Shown here one piece after another: positions 18,443 to 27,560 of a stretch of DNA of 64,000 nucleotides (its first letter is position 1; each line of letters begins with the position of its first letter). The notes under the pieces were generated by a model that saw only the letters and a list, made by a program, of their open reading frames with translations, was not told the DNA's origin and made no database searches. Made by a program: the position numbers and the translations under genes. The stretch comes from an uncultured Bacteroidales bacterium (lineage in GTDB: Bacteria > Bacteroidota > Bacteroidia > Bacteroidales > P3): positions 7,253 through 71,252 of the forward strand of contig CAMWNM010000005.1 of NCBI GenBank assembly GCA_947175635.1, written 5' to 3'.

Positions 18443-18925
18443 ATGAAACACAGGATGCGGCGCTTCAAACAACTTCTGACCGAAGAGGAGGTGAAGGAAA
18501 TATTGGCAACCCATACCGGCGGGGTTTTGTCATTGGTCGATGCCGATGGGCAGCCATATGGTGTGCCGCTCAGTTTTGTGTATGACGGTGGGCGGATCCT
18601 CTATTTCCACAGCGCCGTGGCCGGCCACAAGGTAGAGGCGGTCAGGGCGCATCCGCAGGGATCGTTCTGTATCATCGCCAAGGATGAAATCAAGCCGGAA
18701 GCGTTCACGACCCACTTCCGCAGTGTGATAGCCCAAGGCCGTCTGGTAATCGTGGAAGATGCCGGAGAAATCCTCAGGGGGTTGAGGCTTTTGGGAGAGA
18801 AATACGCACCGGGAATTGACAGCACGGATGAAATTTCCAGAAGCCTCTCCCATGTGCTTGTGCTGAAAATGGAAATAGAGGACATGACGGGCAAGCAGGC
18901 CATCGAATTGGTAAAACCGGGATAA
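18443..18925 (+). CDS. Pyridoxamine 5'-phosphate oxidase-like FMN-binding protein
   Basis: 160 aa. ...GVLSLVDADGQPYGVPLSFVYDGGRILYFHSAVAGHK... fits the split-barrel PNPOx-like family pattern. Confidence 0.7.
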   Translation: MKHRMRRFKQLLTEEEVKEILATHTGGVLSLVDADGQPYGVPLSFVYDGGRILYFHSAVAGHKVEAVRAHPQGSFCIIAKDEIKPEAFTTHFRSVIAQGRLVIVEDAGEILRGLRLLGEKYAPGIDSTDEISRSLSHVLVLKMEIEDMTGKQAIELVKPG

Positions 18926-18942
18926 CGGAAATATATCGCTTT

Positions 18943-19440
18943 ATGGAAAGGAAAATAACATTCAGAAAGGCAGAAAAAGAAGACGCAGGCCTGATCCTTA
19001 AGTTTATCCGTCTGTTGGCTGAATACGAGCGTATGGCAGACGAGGTGACGGCGACCGAAGAACTTCTTCGGGAATGGATTTTTGAAAAACATGCCGCCCA
19101 GGTACTGTTTGTGATGTGCGAGGGCAAGGAAGTAGGTTTCGTCCTTTACTTTTTCAATTTCTCCACGTTCACAGGCCGTGCCGGGCTGTATGTGGAAGAT
19201 GTTTTCGTGTTGCCCGAATGGCGCGGACAAGGTATCGGCAAACGTGTGTTCTCCCATCTTGCCGGCATCGCCCGTCAGATGGGGTGCGGCCGCATGGAAT
19301 GGATTTGCCTTGACTGGAATGCCCCGAGCATCGCCTTCTACCGTTCCTTGGGGGCCGCTCCGATGTCGGACTGGACGGTTCACCGTCTTACCGAGGCGCA
19401 ACTGCCTTTGGTGGCAGGGGAGGAGAGTGGCCAGGCCTGA
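18943..19440 (+). CDS. GNAT family N-acetyltransferase
   Basis: 165 aa with the acetyl-CoA motif [14 protein letters not shown]. The overall pattern resembles diamine/spermidine acetyltransferases. Confidence 0.8.
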   Translation: MERKITFRKAEKEDAGLILKFIRLLAEYERMADEVTATEELLREWIFEKHAAQVLFVMCEGKEVGFVLYFFNFSTFTGRAGLYVEDVFVLPEWRGQGIGKRVFSHLAGIARQMGCGRMEWICLDWNAPSIAFYRSLGAAPMSDWTVHRLTEAQLPLVAGEESGQA

Positions 19441-19595
19441 TACCTTCGCCGTTTCTGAACGGCCGGGTGAAGTTCTTTCCTTGGTCCCGATGCGGGCAAG
19501 ATACTTTCCCCCTGAAAATTCGTAACTTCGCGCATTGTGCATGCCAGTTCCGGATAAACCGACAAGCCGTTTTCAAAAATATACAATCATTTGAG

Positions 19596-20756
19596 ATGGA
19601 AAACAATAAAAGGAAAGCCCTGATTACGGGTGTGACGGGGCAGGACGGCGCTTATCTGAGCGAATTTCTCCTGAAAAAAGGCTATGAGGTGCATGGCATC
19701 AAACGCCGTTCTTCGCTTTTCAATACCGACCGTATCGACCACCTTTACCAGGATCCGCAGACAAAAGACCGTACTTTTGTGCTGCATTACGGCGATATGA
19801 CCGACAGCCTGAACCTTACCCGAATCGTGCAGGAGGTTCAACCCGATGAAATCTACAATCTGGCGGCCATGAGCCATGTGCAGGTAAGTTTCGACACGCC
19901 CGAATATACCGCCAACGCCGACGGCATCGGTACCTTGCGCCTGCTGGAGGCGGTCCGCCTGCTGGGCATGACGCAGAAAACGCGCATTTACCAGGCCTCC
20001 ACTTCCGAACTATTCGGCAAGGTGCAGGAGACCCCCCAGACCGAAAAGACACCTTTCTATCCGCGCAGTCCCTATGCCGCCGCCAAACTCTACGCCTATT
20101 GGATTACGGTGAACTACCGCGAGGCCTACGGGATTCACGCCAGCAACGGCATCCTGTTCAACCACGAGTCGCCGGTTCGGGGCGAGACTTTCGTTACCCG
20201 CAAGATAACCCGCGCGGTCTGCAAGATGGCCTTGGGACTGCAAGACCGGCTCTATCTCGGGAATATGGATTCCAAACGAGACTGGGGACACGCCAAAGAC
20301 TACGTGCGCGCCATGTGGATGATCCTGCAACAGGAAAAGCCCGACGATTACGTTATCGCCACCGGCACCACCACCTCCATACGCGAGTTCGTGGATATGG
20401 CTTTCCGTCAGATAGGCTGTACCTTGTCTTATAGGGGAACGGGTATGGACGAAACCGGTATTCTGGACGCCATCGACAAAGAAGTATTCGTGCAAAAAGT
20501 GGGAGAAGCGTACTACAGGGCTTTCAGCCAGCGTATCGGCAAGGTTCTGGTGGCGGTGGATGCCAAGTATTTCCGTCCCACCGAGGTGGATTTCCTCTTG
20601 GGGGATGCCCGCAAAGCACGGGAGGTATTGGGCTGGAAGCCCGAATACGATCTGGCGGCCTTGGTGCGCGAGATGATGGAAAGCGATATGCAGCTGATGC
20701 GGAAAGACGGATTCCTCAAGGAAAACGGCTATACGATTTTGAATTACTTTGAGTAG
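19596..20756 (+). CDS. gmd: GDP-mannose 4,6-dehydratase
   Basis: [40 protein letters not shown] plus the catalytic YxxxK (PYAAAKLYA). The real start is the ATG at 19596, not the ORF-track start at 19467. Confidence 0.93.
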   Translation: MENNKRKALITGVTGQDGAYLSEFLLKKGYEVHGIKRRSSLFNTDRIDHLYQDPQTKDRTFVLHYGDMTDSLNLTRIVQEVQPDEIYNLAAMSHVQVSFDTPEYTANADGIGTLRLLEAVRLLGMTQKTRIYQASTSELFGKVQETPQTEKTPFYPRSPYAAAKLYAYWITVNYREAYGIHASNGILFNHESPVRGETFVTRKITRAVCKMALGLQDRLYLGNMDSKRDWGHAKDYVRAMWMILQQEKPDDYVIATGTTTSIREFVDMAFRQIGCTLSYRGTGMDETGILDAIDKEVFVQKVGEAYYRAFSQRIGKVLVAVDAKYFRPTEVDFLLGDARKAREVLGWKPEYDLAALVREMMESDMQLMRKDGFLKENGYTILNYFE

Positions 20757-20759
20757 AAA

Positions 20760-21878
20760 ATGAAAAAGACAGACTACAAACTCAAAAAATTGGAAATTAA
20801 AGGTTTCAAATCTATTGCATTTGACAAACCTTTGACTATACAATTTAATGATATCACTATTTTATTAGGCGCAAATGGCGCAGGGAAAAGCAATATCATT
20901 AGCTTTTTCAAAATGTTGGGCTATATGATGACAGCGAAGTTACAGGCATTTATAGCCCAAGCTGGCACAAGTCAAAGATTTCTCCACTATGGCATCAAGA
21001 AGACACCAACATTAAGTGCAGAAATTCGCTTTGAGAACGAAAAAGCAAATTATGGTATTTATCGTTTTCACCTTACCCATGCAGTTCCTGATAGACTTAT
21101 CGTAAATTCTGAAGAAGTTGAACACTATGACAAAGAGAAAAATGTTGACATTATCAATGGTGTTTTAGCATCCAAGTTCAATGAAGCAACATTAAGTCCA
21201 GAATCAAAGTCAGGTACAGAAAAACTTCTGTGGCGGTTGTTAAGTGGTTGTAAAGTATATCAGTTCAGCGATTCCTCTTTATCTTCCCCTATGCGCCAAG
21301 CATCAACTGTCGAATCCGCTCATTATCTACAATCCGAGGCGAATAACCTGTCATCTTTCCTATACTATTTGAGAAACAACTACAAAGACACATATAATAG
21401 AATTGTAGATTACACCAAAAGTGTTACTCCTCAATTTCAGGATTTCTATCTTGAACCTGAAGGTAATTACATCGCTTTGAAATGGATTGATAATTCCGCT
21501 AATGACTATGTGTTTTCCGCAGACCAACTATCCGATGGCTCCATTCGTTTTATCGCATTGGCCACCCTGCTGTTGCAACCCCAAGAAACCATTCCAAACG
21601 TTATCTTAATTGATGAACCAGAGTTGGGCTTGCATCCCTATGCTGTAGATCAATTGATTGAAATGATAAAAGATGCTTCCATGCGTGCCCAAATTATTAT
21701 TTCCACACAATCACCCGCATTGATGGATGGTTTCGATTTAGATGAAATTACAATTATTGAACATGATGGAAATTCCACCATTGCAAGAAAACTGGAATCA
21801 TCTGAATATGCGGAATGGTTAGATGAATATCTACCTAGTGAACTATGGAATAAAAATGTATTAGGAGGGCGTCCATAA
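20760..21878 (+). CDS. ABC/OLD-type AAA family ATPase (AAA_15/AAA_21-like)
   Basis: 372 aa with Walker A LLGANGAGKS (res 35-44), ABC-signature-like LSDGS (257-261), Walker B VILIDEPELGLHP (281-293), and STQSP (315-319) at the H-loop position. Confidence 0.8.
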   Translation: MKKTDYKLKKLEIKGFKSIAFDKPLTIQFNDITILLGANGAGKSNIISFFKMLGYMMTAKLQAFIAQAGTSQRFLHYGIKKTPTLSAEIRFENEKANYGIYRFHLTHAVPDRLIVNSEEVEHYDKEKNVDIINGVLASKFNEATLSPESKSGTEKLLWRLLSGCKVYQFSDSSLSSPMRQASTVESAHYLQSEANNLSSFLYYLRNNYKDTYNRIVDYTKSVTPQFQDFYLEPEGNYIALKWIDNSANDYVFSADQLSDGSIRFIALATLLLQPQETIPNVILIDEPELGLHPYAVDQLIEMIKDASMRAQIIISTQSPALMDGFDLDEITIIEHDGNSTIARKLESSEYAEWLDEYLPSELWNKNVLGGRP

Positions 21879-22579
21879 TGTACGAGAGCAAAGTGATCCT
21901 TAATGTTCTTTGTGAAGGAAAAACAGAAGAAGAATTTATAAAGCACGTTTTGAAGCCGTATTTGCAACCTTTCAATATCATTGCCAAAAGCATCTTATTG
22001 ACAACATCTAGAAAGAAAAATGCCCAAGGTGGCTTGAATAGTTATACTCAAGTACAAAAAGATTTGAGGTTATTGATAGCACAAACATCACATAAAGCTA
22101 ACGAACTGCATTATTTTACTACGATGTTCGATTTCTACAAGCTTCCTAATGACTTTCCTTTATATAAAAGAGCCTCATCCATACATGATGTATACAAGAA
22201 AATAGAAACATTGGAAACCGCCTTTCTTGATGACATCCAACATCCACACTTTATTCCATATATTCAACTACATGAATTTGAGGCATTTTTGTTCTGCGGT
22301 ATCGAACAATTGGCTCAAAAATACAATGAATGCGCCAAAGACATAAGGAAACTCGAAGATGCAGTAAGGGAGTGTAAAGGAAATCCTGAAATGGTAAATG
22401 GGGGAATTTCCACAGCACCCAGCAAACGTATCACTAATATCATAGATAAAACATATCATTACAACAAACCTCAAACCGGCCGAGAAATAACAAAACAAAT
22501 TGGCATCACTAAACTTAAAGAGAGATGCCTCCATTTTTCCGAATGGATAGAGAAACTAGAACATTTGGTGAGGAATTGA
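21878..22579 (+). CDS. DUF4276-like protein, partner of the ATPase
   Basis: 233 aa. ILNVLCEGKTEEEFIKHVLKPYL, FTTMFDFYKLP, IQLHEFEAFLF, APSKRITNII and CLHFSEWIEKL match my recollection of the conserved DUF4276 blocks. Its start overlaps the ATPase stop (TAATG at 21876-21880). Confidence 0.7.
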   Translation: MYESKVILNVLCEGKTEEEFIKHVLKPYLQPFNIIAKSILLTTSRKKNAQGGLNSYTQVQKDLRLLIAQTSHKANELHYFTTMFDFYKLPNDFPLYKRASSIHDVYKKIETLETAFLDDIQHPHFIPYIQLHEFEAFLFCGIEQLAQKYNECAKDIRKLEDAVRECKGNPEMVNGGISTAPSKRITNIIDKTYHYNKPQTGREITKQIGITKLKERCLHFSEWIEKLEHLVRN

Positions 22580-22616
22580 AAGTACTGTCTAATAGAAATC
22601 AAAAAACACCAAAATC

Positions 22617-23318
22617 ATGAAAAAACTTATTGCACTTATATTATTTGCCTTGTGCATTGCTTTCAGTTATGCACAAGAAGCCACAGAAGAAAGAAAAGTC
22701 ACAACCTTTCTTGGTATTCCTGTTGATGGAAGCAAGTCAGAAATGATACATAAATTGCAAAAAAAAGGGTATCAGTATGATGAAGATCTGGATATGTTGA
22801 CGGGAGAATATAATGGAGAGGATGTTATGATTGGTATTCAGACCAACAATAACAGAGTATGGCGACTTGGGATAATAGATGTTGCTCGCAGAAGTGAAGG
22901 ACAAATTAAAATACGGTTCAATAAACTCTGCGAACAATTCTCTAATAACAAACGATATAAAAACACCACAGATCAGACAATTTCGCAATTTGAGGATATC
23001 TCTTATGAAATGGCTGTTCACAATAAACAATATCAAGCTCTTTTCTTCCAAGATGCTCTACCTGAATTGGATTCAGTGGGATTGTATACTGAGCTTCGAA
23101 AGAAATATACTCCCGAACAATTGGATAATCCTACAGAAGAACAAGAACAAAAGATTTTTGATATCAAGATGGATTATATAAATGATGCATTTCAGAAGAT
23201 CTCGGGATTTATAAACAGATCTGTATGGTTTACCATTATTAATGAAAAATATGGAAAATATTACATCGTAATGTATTACGAAAACGGCTATAACGAAGCC
23301 AATGGTGAAGATTTGTAG
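22617..23318 (+). CDS. Orphan secreted protein (signal peptidase I type)
   Basis: 233 aa with signal peptide MKKLIALILFALCIAFSYA|QE. It is AT-rich like the two preceding genes. I recognise no domain. Confidence 0.6.
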   Translation: MKKLIALILFALCIAFSYAQEATEERKVTTFLGIPVDGSKSEMIHKLQKKGYQYDEDLDMLTGEYNGEDVMIGIQTNNNRVWRLGIIDVARRSEGQIKIRFNKLCEQFSNNKRYKNTTDQTISQFEDISYEMAVHNKQYQALFFQDALPELDSVGLYTELRKKYTPEQLDNPTEEQEQKIFDIKMDYINDAFQKISGFINRSVWFTIINEKYGKYYIVMYYENGYNEANGEDL

Positions 23319-23330
23319 ATAAGGGGAACA

Positions 23331-24443
23331 ATGAACAAGCAAGATAAAATCTACGTAGCCGGCCACAAAGGCCTTGTGGGCAGTGCCATTTGGCGCAACT
23401 TGCAATCCAAGGGCTATACCAATTTGGTGGGACGTTCCCATGCCGAGCTGGATTTGATGGATACAGCGGCCACCTGCCGTTTTTTTGACGAAGAGAAACC
23501 CGGTTACGTTATCGTGGCCTCCGCCAAGGTGGGCGGCATCCAGGCAAACAGCGTCTACCGGGGGCAGTTCATCTACGAGAACCTGATGATTGCCTGCAAC
23601 ACCATCCATCAGGCCTATACCCACGGAGTCAAGAAACTGCTGTTCTTAGGCAGTTCGTGCATCTATCCGCGTCTGGCGCCCCAACCTATGCCCGAAGACT
23701 GCCTTCTGACATCGCCCCTCGAATACACCAACGAACCCTACGCGCTCTCCAAGATTGCGGGCCTGAAGATGTGCGAAAGCTACAACCTCCAGTACGGTAC
23801 CGATTTCATCTCGGTGATGCCCACCAACCTCTACGGGCCTTACGACAACTTCAATCTGGAGACCTCCCACGTTCTGCCCGCTATCCTGCGCAAGATGTTC
23901 TTGGGCAGATGCCTCGAAACGGGCAACTGGCAATCGCTCCGCGCGGATTTGAATGTGCGCCCGGTGGAAGGCGTGAACGGCACGGCATCCGAAGAAAAGA
24001 TTCTCGACATTTTGGCTAAATACGGCATCCGGACCACGGATGTGCAAGAAAACAAACCTTGCGGCGTGAAAGTGGAAATATGGGGAAGCGGCAAGCCGAT
24101 GCGGGAATTCCTTTGGAGCGAAGACATGGCGGATGCCTGCGTGTATCTGCTCGAAAACGTTTCCTTTGCCGACCTGAGCCAAGGCATGGGCAAGGAAATC
24201 CGCAACACCCACATCAATATCGGCACGGGCAAGGAAGTTACTATTGCGCAGACGGCACAACTGATCAAACAGGAAGTGGGTTTTGAAGGCGAACTATTCT
24301 TCAATGCCGGGAAACCCGACGGAACGCCGCGCAAACTGTTGGATGTTTCCAAACTCCACGCACTCGGTTGGCGTCACAAGGTGGAATTGGAAGAAGGCAT
24401 CGCACGCCTGGCGCAGTGGTACTTGAACAGCCTCGGCAAGTAA
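23331..24443 (+). CDS. fcl: GDP-L-fucose synthase (GDP-4-keto-6-deoxymannose epimerase/reductase)
   Basis: KIYVAGHKGLVGSAI Rossmann motif, YxxxK in PYALSKIAG, and SVMPTNLYGPYDNF, typical of Fcl/WcaG. Confidence 0.9.
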   Translation: MNKQDKIYVAGHKGLVGSAIWRNLQSKGYTNLVGRSHAELDLMDTAATCRFFDEEKPGYVIVASAKVGGIQANSVYRGQFIYENLMIACNTIHQAYTHGVKKLLFLGSSCIYPRLAPQPMPEDCLLTSPLEYTNEPYALSKIAGLKMCESYNLQYGTDFISVMPTNLYGPYDNFNLETSHVLPAILRKMFLGRCLETGNWQSLRADLNVRPVEGVNGTASEEKILDILAKYGIRTTDVQENKPCGVKVEIWGSGKPMREFLWSEDMADACVYLLENVSFADLSQGMGKEIRNTHINIGTGKEVTIAQTAQLIKQEVGFEGELFFNAGKPDGTPRKLLDVSKLHALGWRHKVELEEGIARLAQWYLNSLGK

Positions 24444-24485
24444 ACGGCCCCGACAGGGTTCCCCAATCAGAAAAATTCTCCGGAT

Positions 24486-26183
24486 ATGGAACAGACGATA
24501 AGACAACGGGCGGAATTGTGGACCAAACCGCCTTACGACGAAAAGACACGCCTTGCAGCCCAAGCCCTCTTGGAAGGCAACGAAACCGAATGCGCCGATG
24601 CGTTCTACCGCGATTTGGAATTTGGAACGGGCGGCTTGCGCGGCATCCTTGGAGTCGGTACCAACCGCATGAATGTGTATGTAGTGGCTTTGGCCACACA
24701 AGGGTTCGCCAATTACTTGAGAAGGCAATGTGAGGCTGAAAATCTGCAACCTGCCGTGGCTGTTTCTTACGACTGCCGCAACGGGAGTTCGGAGTTTGCC
24801 CTCACCACCGCCAAGGTGTTTGCCGCCAACGGTTTTAAAGTGTATCTTTTTACGGCCATGCGCCCCACGCCGGTGCTTTCGTTTGCCGTGCGGCATTACG
24901 GTTGTTGCGGTGGGGTGATGATTACCGCCAGCCACAATCCCAAGGAATACAACGGTTATAAAGCTTACGGCAAAGACGGCGGCCAGCTGGTGAGTCCTCA
25001 CGACAAGAACGTGATGGCCCAGGTGGCGGCGATAAAAGGGCTTTCCGAGGTAAAGATGCAGGGCGGAGAGGCGAATATCGTATATGTGGATGAAGAAGTG
25101 GACAACGCCTATCTGGAAAAGGTCTGCGCCCTCTCGCTGGACAGAGAGTCGGTAAAGCGACAGAAAAGACTTAAAATCGTTTACACCCCCCTGCACGGCA
25201 CGGGCATGACGATGGTGCCGCGCGCCTTGCGCCGCTGGGGATTTGAAAACGTGCTCTGCGTGCCCGAACAGATGGTTCCCGACGGAGATTTCAGCACCGT
25301 GGCATCGCCCAATCCCGAAGAAAAGGCCGCCATGCAACCGGCACTTGACTTGGCCGCGCGCGAGAATGCCGATCTAGTGATCGCCACCGATCCCGATGCC
25401 GACCGCGTGGGTGTTGCCATCGCCGACGGGAAGGGCGGGTTTGTTCTGCTCAACGGCAATCAGACCGGTTCGGTATTGGTGCATTACCTGTTGCGCAAGT
25501 GGAAGGAAAACGGCCGGCTGTGCGGCCGGGAGTATATCGTGAAGACCATCGTCACCACCGAACTGATTAAGGAAATGGCAGTCAAGAACGGCGTGGAATG
25601 TTTCGATGTGCTTACCGGTTTCAAGTATATCGCCGAAGTGATCGGCAGGCTGGAAGGAAAGAAAACCTTTATCGGTGGCGGCGAGGAAAGCTACGGTTAT
25701 CTGGCCGGAGAGTTCGTGCGCGACAAAGACGCCGTGACAGCCTGCTGTCTGATTGCCGAGATGGCAGCTGAGGCGGCCTGCAAAGGTGAAAGTTTCATGG
25801 ATATCTTGTGTGGATTATACCGTGAATACGGTTTCTATCGCGAATCTTTGGTTTCGCTGAGCAGGAAAGGGCAGAGCGGAGCGGAGGAGATAAAGGCGAT
25901 GATGGCCGGTTTCCGTCAGCATCCGCCCCGAATCATCGGTGGAGAAAAGGTAACTGAAGTCCGCGATTACAAGCAAGGTTTTGAAGGCCTGCCGCCTTCC
26001 GATGTATTGCAGTTCTTTACCGAAAAAGGCAGTAAGGTTACAGTGCGTCCTTCCGGCACGGAACCTAAGATAAAGTTTTATTTCGGCTTGAAATTTCCTT
26101 GGCGGCCGGATCGGGACTATGCTTCCCAAGAGGCCGAAGCCGCCTTGCAGGTCGATAGCATCCGAAAAGATTTGGGGATATGA
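24486..26183 (+). CDS. Phosphoglucomutase/phosphomannomutase family phospho-sugar mutase
   Basis: 565 aa with the active-site Ser motif ITASHNPKEYNGYK and FGTGGLRG near the N-terminus. Confidence 0.88.
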   Translation: MEQTIRQRAELWTKPPYDEKTRLAAQALLEGNETECADAFYRDLEFGTGGLRGILGVGTNRMNVYVVALATQGFANYLRRQCEAENLQPAVAVSYDCRNGSSEFALTTAKVFAANGFKVYLFTAMRPTPVLSFAVRHYGCCGGVMITASHNPKEYNGYKAYGKDGGQLVSPHDKNVMAQVAAIKGLSEVKMQGGEANIVYVDEEVDNAYLEKVCALSLDRESVKRQKRLKIVYTPLHGTGMTMVPRALRRWGFENVLCVPEQMVPDGDFSTVASPNPEEKAAMQPALDLAARENADLVIATDPDADRVGVAIADGKGGFVLLNGNQTGSVLVHYLLRKWKENGRLCGREYIVKTIVTTELIKEMAVKNGVECFDVLTGFKYIAEVIGRLEGKKTFIGGGEESYGYLAGEFVRDKDAVTACCLIAEMAAEAACKGESFMDILCGLYREYGFYRESLVSLSRKGQSGAEEIKAMMAGFRQHPPRIIGGEKVTEVRDYKQGFEGLPPSDVLQFFTEKGSKVTVRPSGTEPKIKFYFGLKFPWRPDRDYASQEAEAALQVDSIRKDLGI

Positions 26184-26230
26184 AAAAAAGCCGGACGCAT
26201 TCCTTGAAAAAGGTTTCGCGTCCGGCTTTG
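26183..26230. terminator. Terminator hairpin between convergent mutase and cvpA genes
   Basis: 10-bp stem AGCCGGACGC (26189-26198) / GCGTCCGGCT (26218-26227). The A7 run on the plus strand gives a T-run for the minus-strand transcript. Confidence 0.6.
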
Positions 26231-26259
26231 TCTTGGCCGCATTCCGGTAGAAACGGCTT

Positions 26260-26772
26260 TTATTCGTCCTTTAAGCCTTTAATGCAATCCATGCCCGTTT
26301 GTACGGTTTCGCTCACGATAGGCCAAAAGCGGTAGGTGGCGCTTTCCACATAACGGAAAGACAGCGAAGCGTCCCTTACCGAGGGCTTGAGAATCTCTTC
26401 CCTGGGATCGATTTTGTTCCAGAAATAAATAAGGATGCTCAGCACGGCCAGCACCTTGCAGAAACTCAACAGCAAGCCGCCTATACGGTTGAACAGTCCC
26501 AGCGAGGTTCTGTTGGCCCAGTTTCCGAAAATCTTACCCAAAAAATACACGCCCACAGATACACCTATAAACATAATGACGAAGCAGATGGTTTGGGCGT
26601 ACCGGCCGTTTATCGAGAACCATTCCCCCACCAGATAGGAGAATTTGAACGACATATAGAATCCCGCCACCAAGGCCAGAAAAGACATCAGCTCCATCAC
26701 AAGGCCGTTTCTTGCGCCTTTGAAGCCGCACCACAAAAGGGGAACAAGGATGATAAGGTCTAAGAAATTCAT
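26260..26772 (-). CDS. cvpA: CvpA family membrane protein
   Basis: 170 aa with 4 TM segments. MNFLDLIILVPLLWCGFKGARNGLV is a typical CvpA N-terminus. An ATGA overlap links it to the upstream ABC ATPase gene. Confidence 0.75.
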   Translation of the reverse strand: MNFLDLIILVPLLWCGFKGARNGLVMELMSFLALVAGFYMSFKFSYLVGEWFSINGRYAQTICFVIMFIGVSVGVYFLGKIFGNWANRTSLGLFNRIGGLLLSFCKVLAVLSILIYFWNKIDPREEILKPSVRDASLSFRYVESATYRFWPIVSETVQTGMDCIKGLKDE

Positions 26773-27545
26773 GCGGTAAGATGTTTGTCCCGATGGTTAT
26801 GCAGAAGCCGTTTGGTAAGTTCGGAGGCTTCCATGAAATGAATGATTTCCTTGTTGTCGCTGTCCAGGATCGAACTGCCGTTTCCCTGCCACCAGAGTTT
26901 TCCCTCGTAGATGAAGTTCACCGTATCGCCGATTTTCAACACCGAATTCATATCGTGGGTATTGATAATGGTGGTGATGCCGTATTCATCGGTGATTTCC
27001 GCAATCAGGTTATCGATAAGTTCGGAAGTACGCGGGTCAAGCCCCGAGTTGGGTTCATCGCAGAAGAGGTATTTCGGCGCCATGGCGATGGCTCTCGCGA
27101 TGGCCACCCGTTTGCGCATTCCCCCGCTGAGTTCGGCCGGAGAAAGTTTCTCGGCTCCTTTCAAATCCACGCGTTGCAGACAGTCCTTGGCGCGCTTTAT
27201 CTTTTCTCCGCGCGACTTTTTGGTGAACATATCCATCGGAAACATCACGTTTTCCAGCACCGAAAGAGAGTCGAACAAGGCGCCGCCCTGGAATACCATG
27301 CCTATTTCGCGGCGGATGGAAGTAAGCAGTTCCTGATTATTGCCTTTTACAAAGTTGCGTCCGTCGAAGAGGATACTGCCGCTTTCGGGAGCAAGCAGTC
27401 CCACCATGGTTTTCATCAGCACGGTTTTTCCCGAACCGCTTTGTCCGATAATCAGGTTGCATTTGCCCGGCATCATTTTCAGATTGATGTCGAACAGCAC
27501 CTGGCGGTCGCCGAAAAATTTGTTAAGATGTTGAATCTCTATCAT
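26769..27545 (-). CDS. ABC transporter ATP-binding protein (MlaF-like)
   Basis: Walker A GQSGSGKT, signature LSGGMRKR and Walker B YLFCDEP. It is downstream of an MlaE-like permease. Confidence 0.85.
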   Translation of the reverse strand: MIEIQHLNKFFGDRQVLFDINLKMMPGKCNLIIGQSGSGKTVLMKTMVGLLAPESGSILFDGRNFVKGNNQELLTSIRREIGMVFQGGALFDSLSVLENVMFPMDMFTKKSRGEKIKRAKDCLQRVDLKGAEKLSPAELSGGMRKRVAIARAIAMAPKYLFCDEPNSGLDPRTSELIDNLIAEITDEYGITTIINTHDMNSVLKIGDTVNFIYEGKLWWQGNGSSILDSDNKEIIHFMEASELTKRLLHNHRDKHLTA

Positions 27546-27560
27546 CTTGCAAGGGGCGTT

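Larger units (their letters stand above)
20757..23330 (+). other. AT-rich three-gene insertion between gmd and fcl (putative horizontally acquired islet)
   Basis: The composition shifts abruptly (19/60 G+C at 20821-20880 versus 34/60 at 20641-20700). Only 3 nt separate the gmd stop from the first gene and 12 nt separate the last gene from the fcl ATG. I saw no integrase or flanking repeats. Confidence 0.75.

Noticed and set aside
18601-19542. A 313-aa minus-strand ORF overlapping the PNPOx-like and GNAT genes.
   Set aside because: It is antisense to two genes with clear family motifs, and its own product has no motif and a biased composition.
20700-23400. Mobility signatures at the islet borders: direct repeats, att-like sites, an integrase or transposase, or a tRNA target.
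   Set aside because: None found by eye. Both junctions lie within a few nucleotides of the gmd stop and the fcl start, and I see no repeated sequence longer than ~5 nt. The feature is therefore reported as an islet, not as a mobile element.
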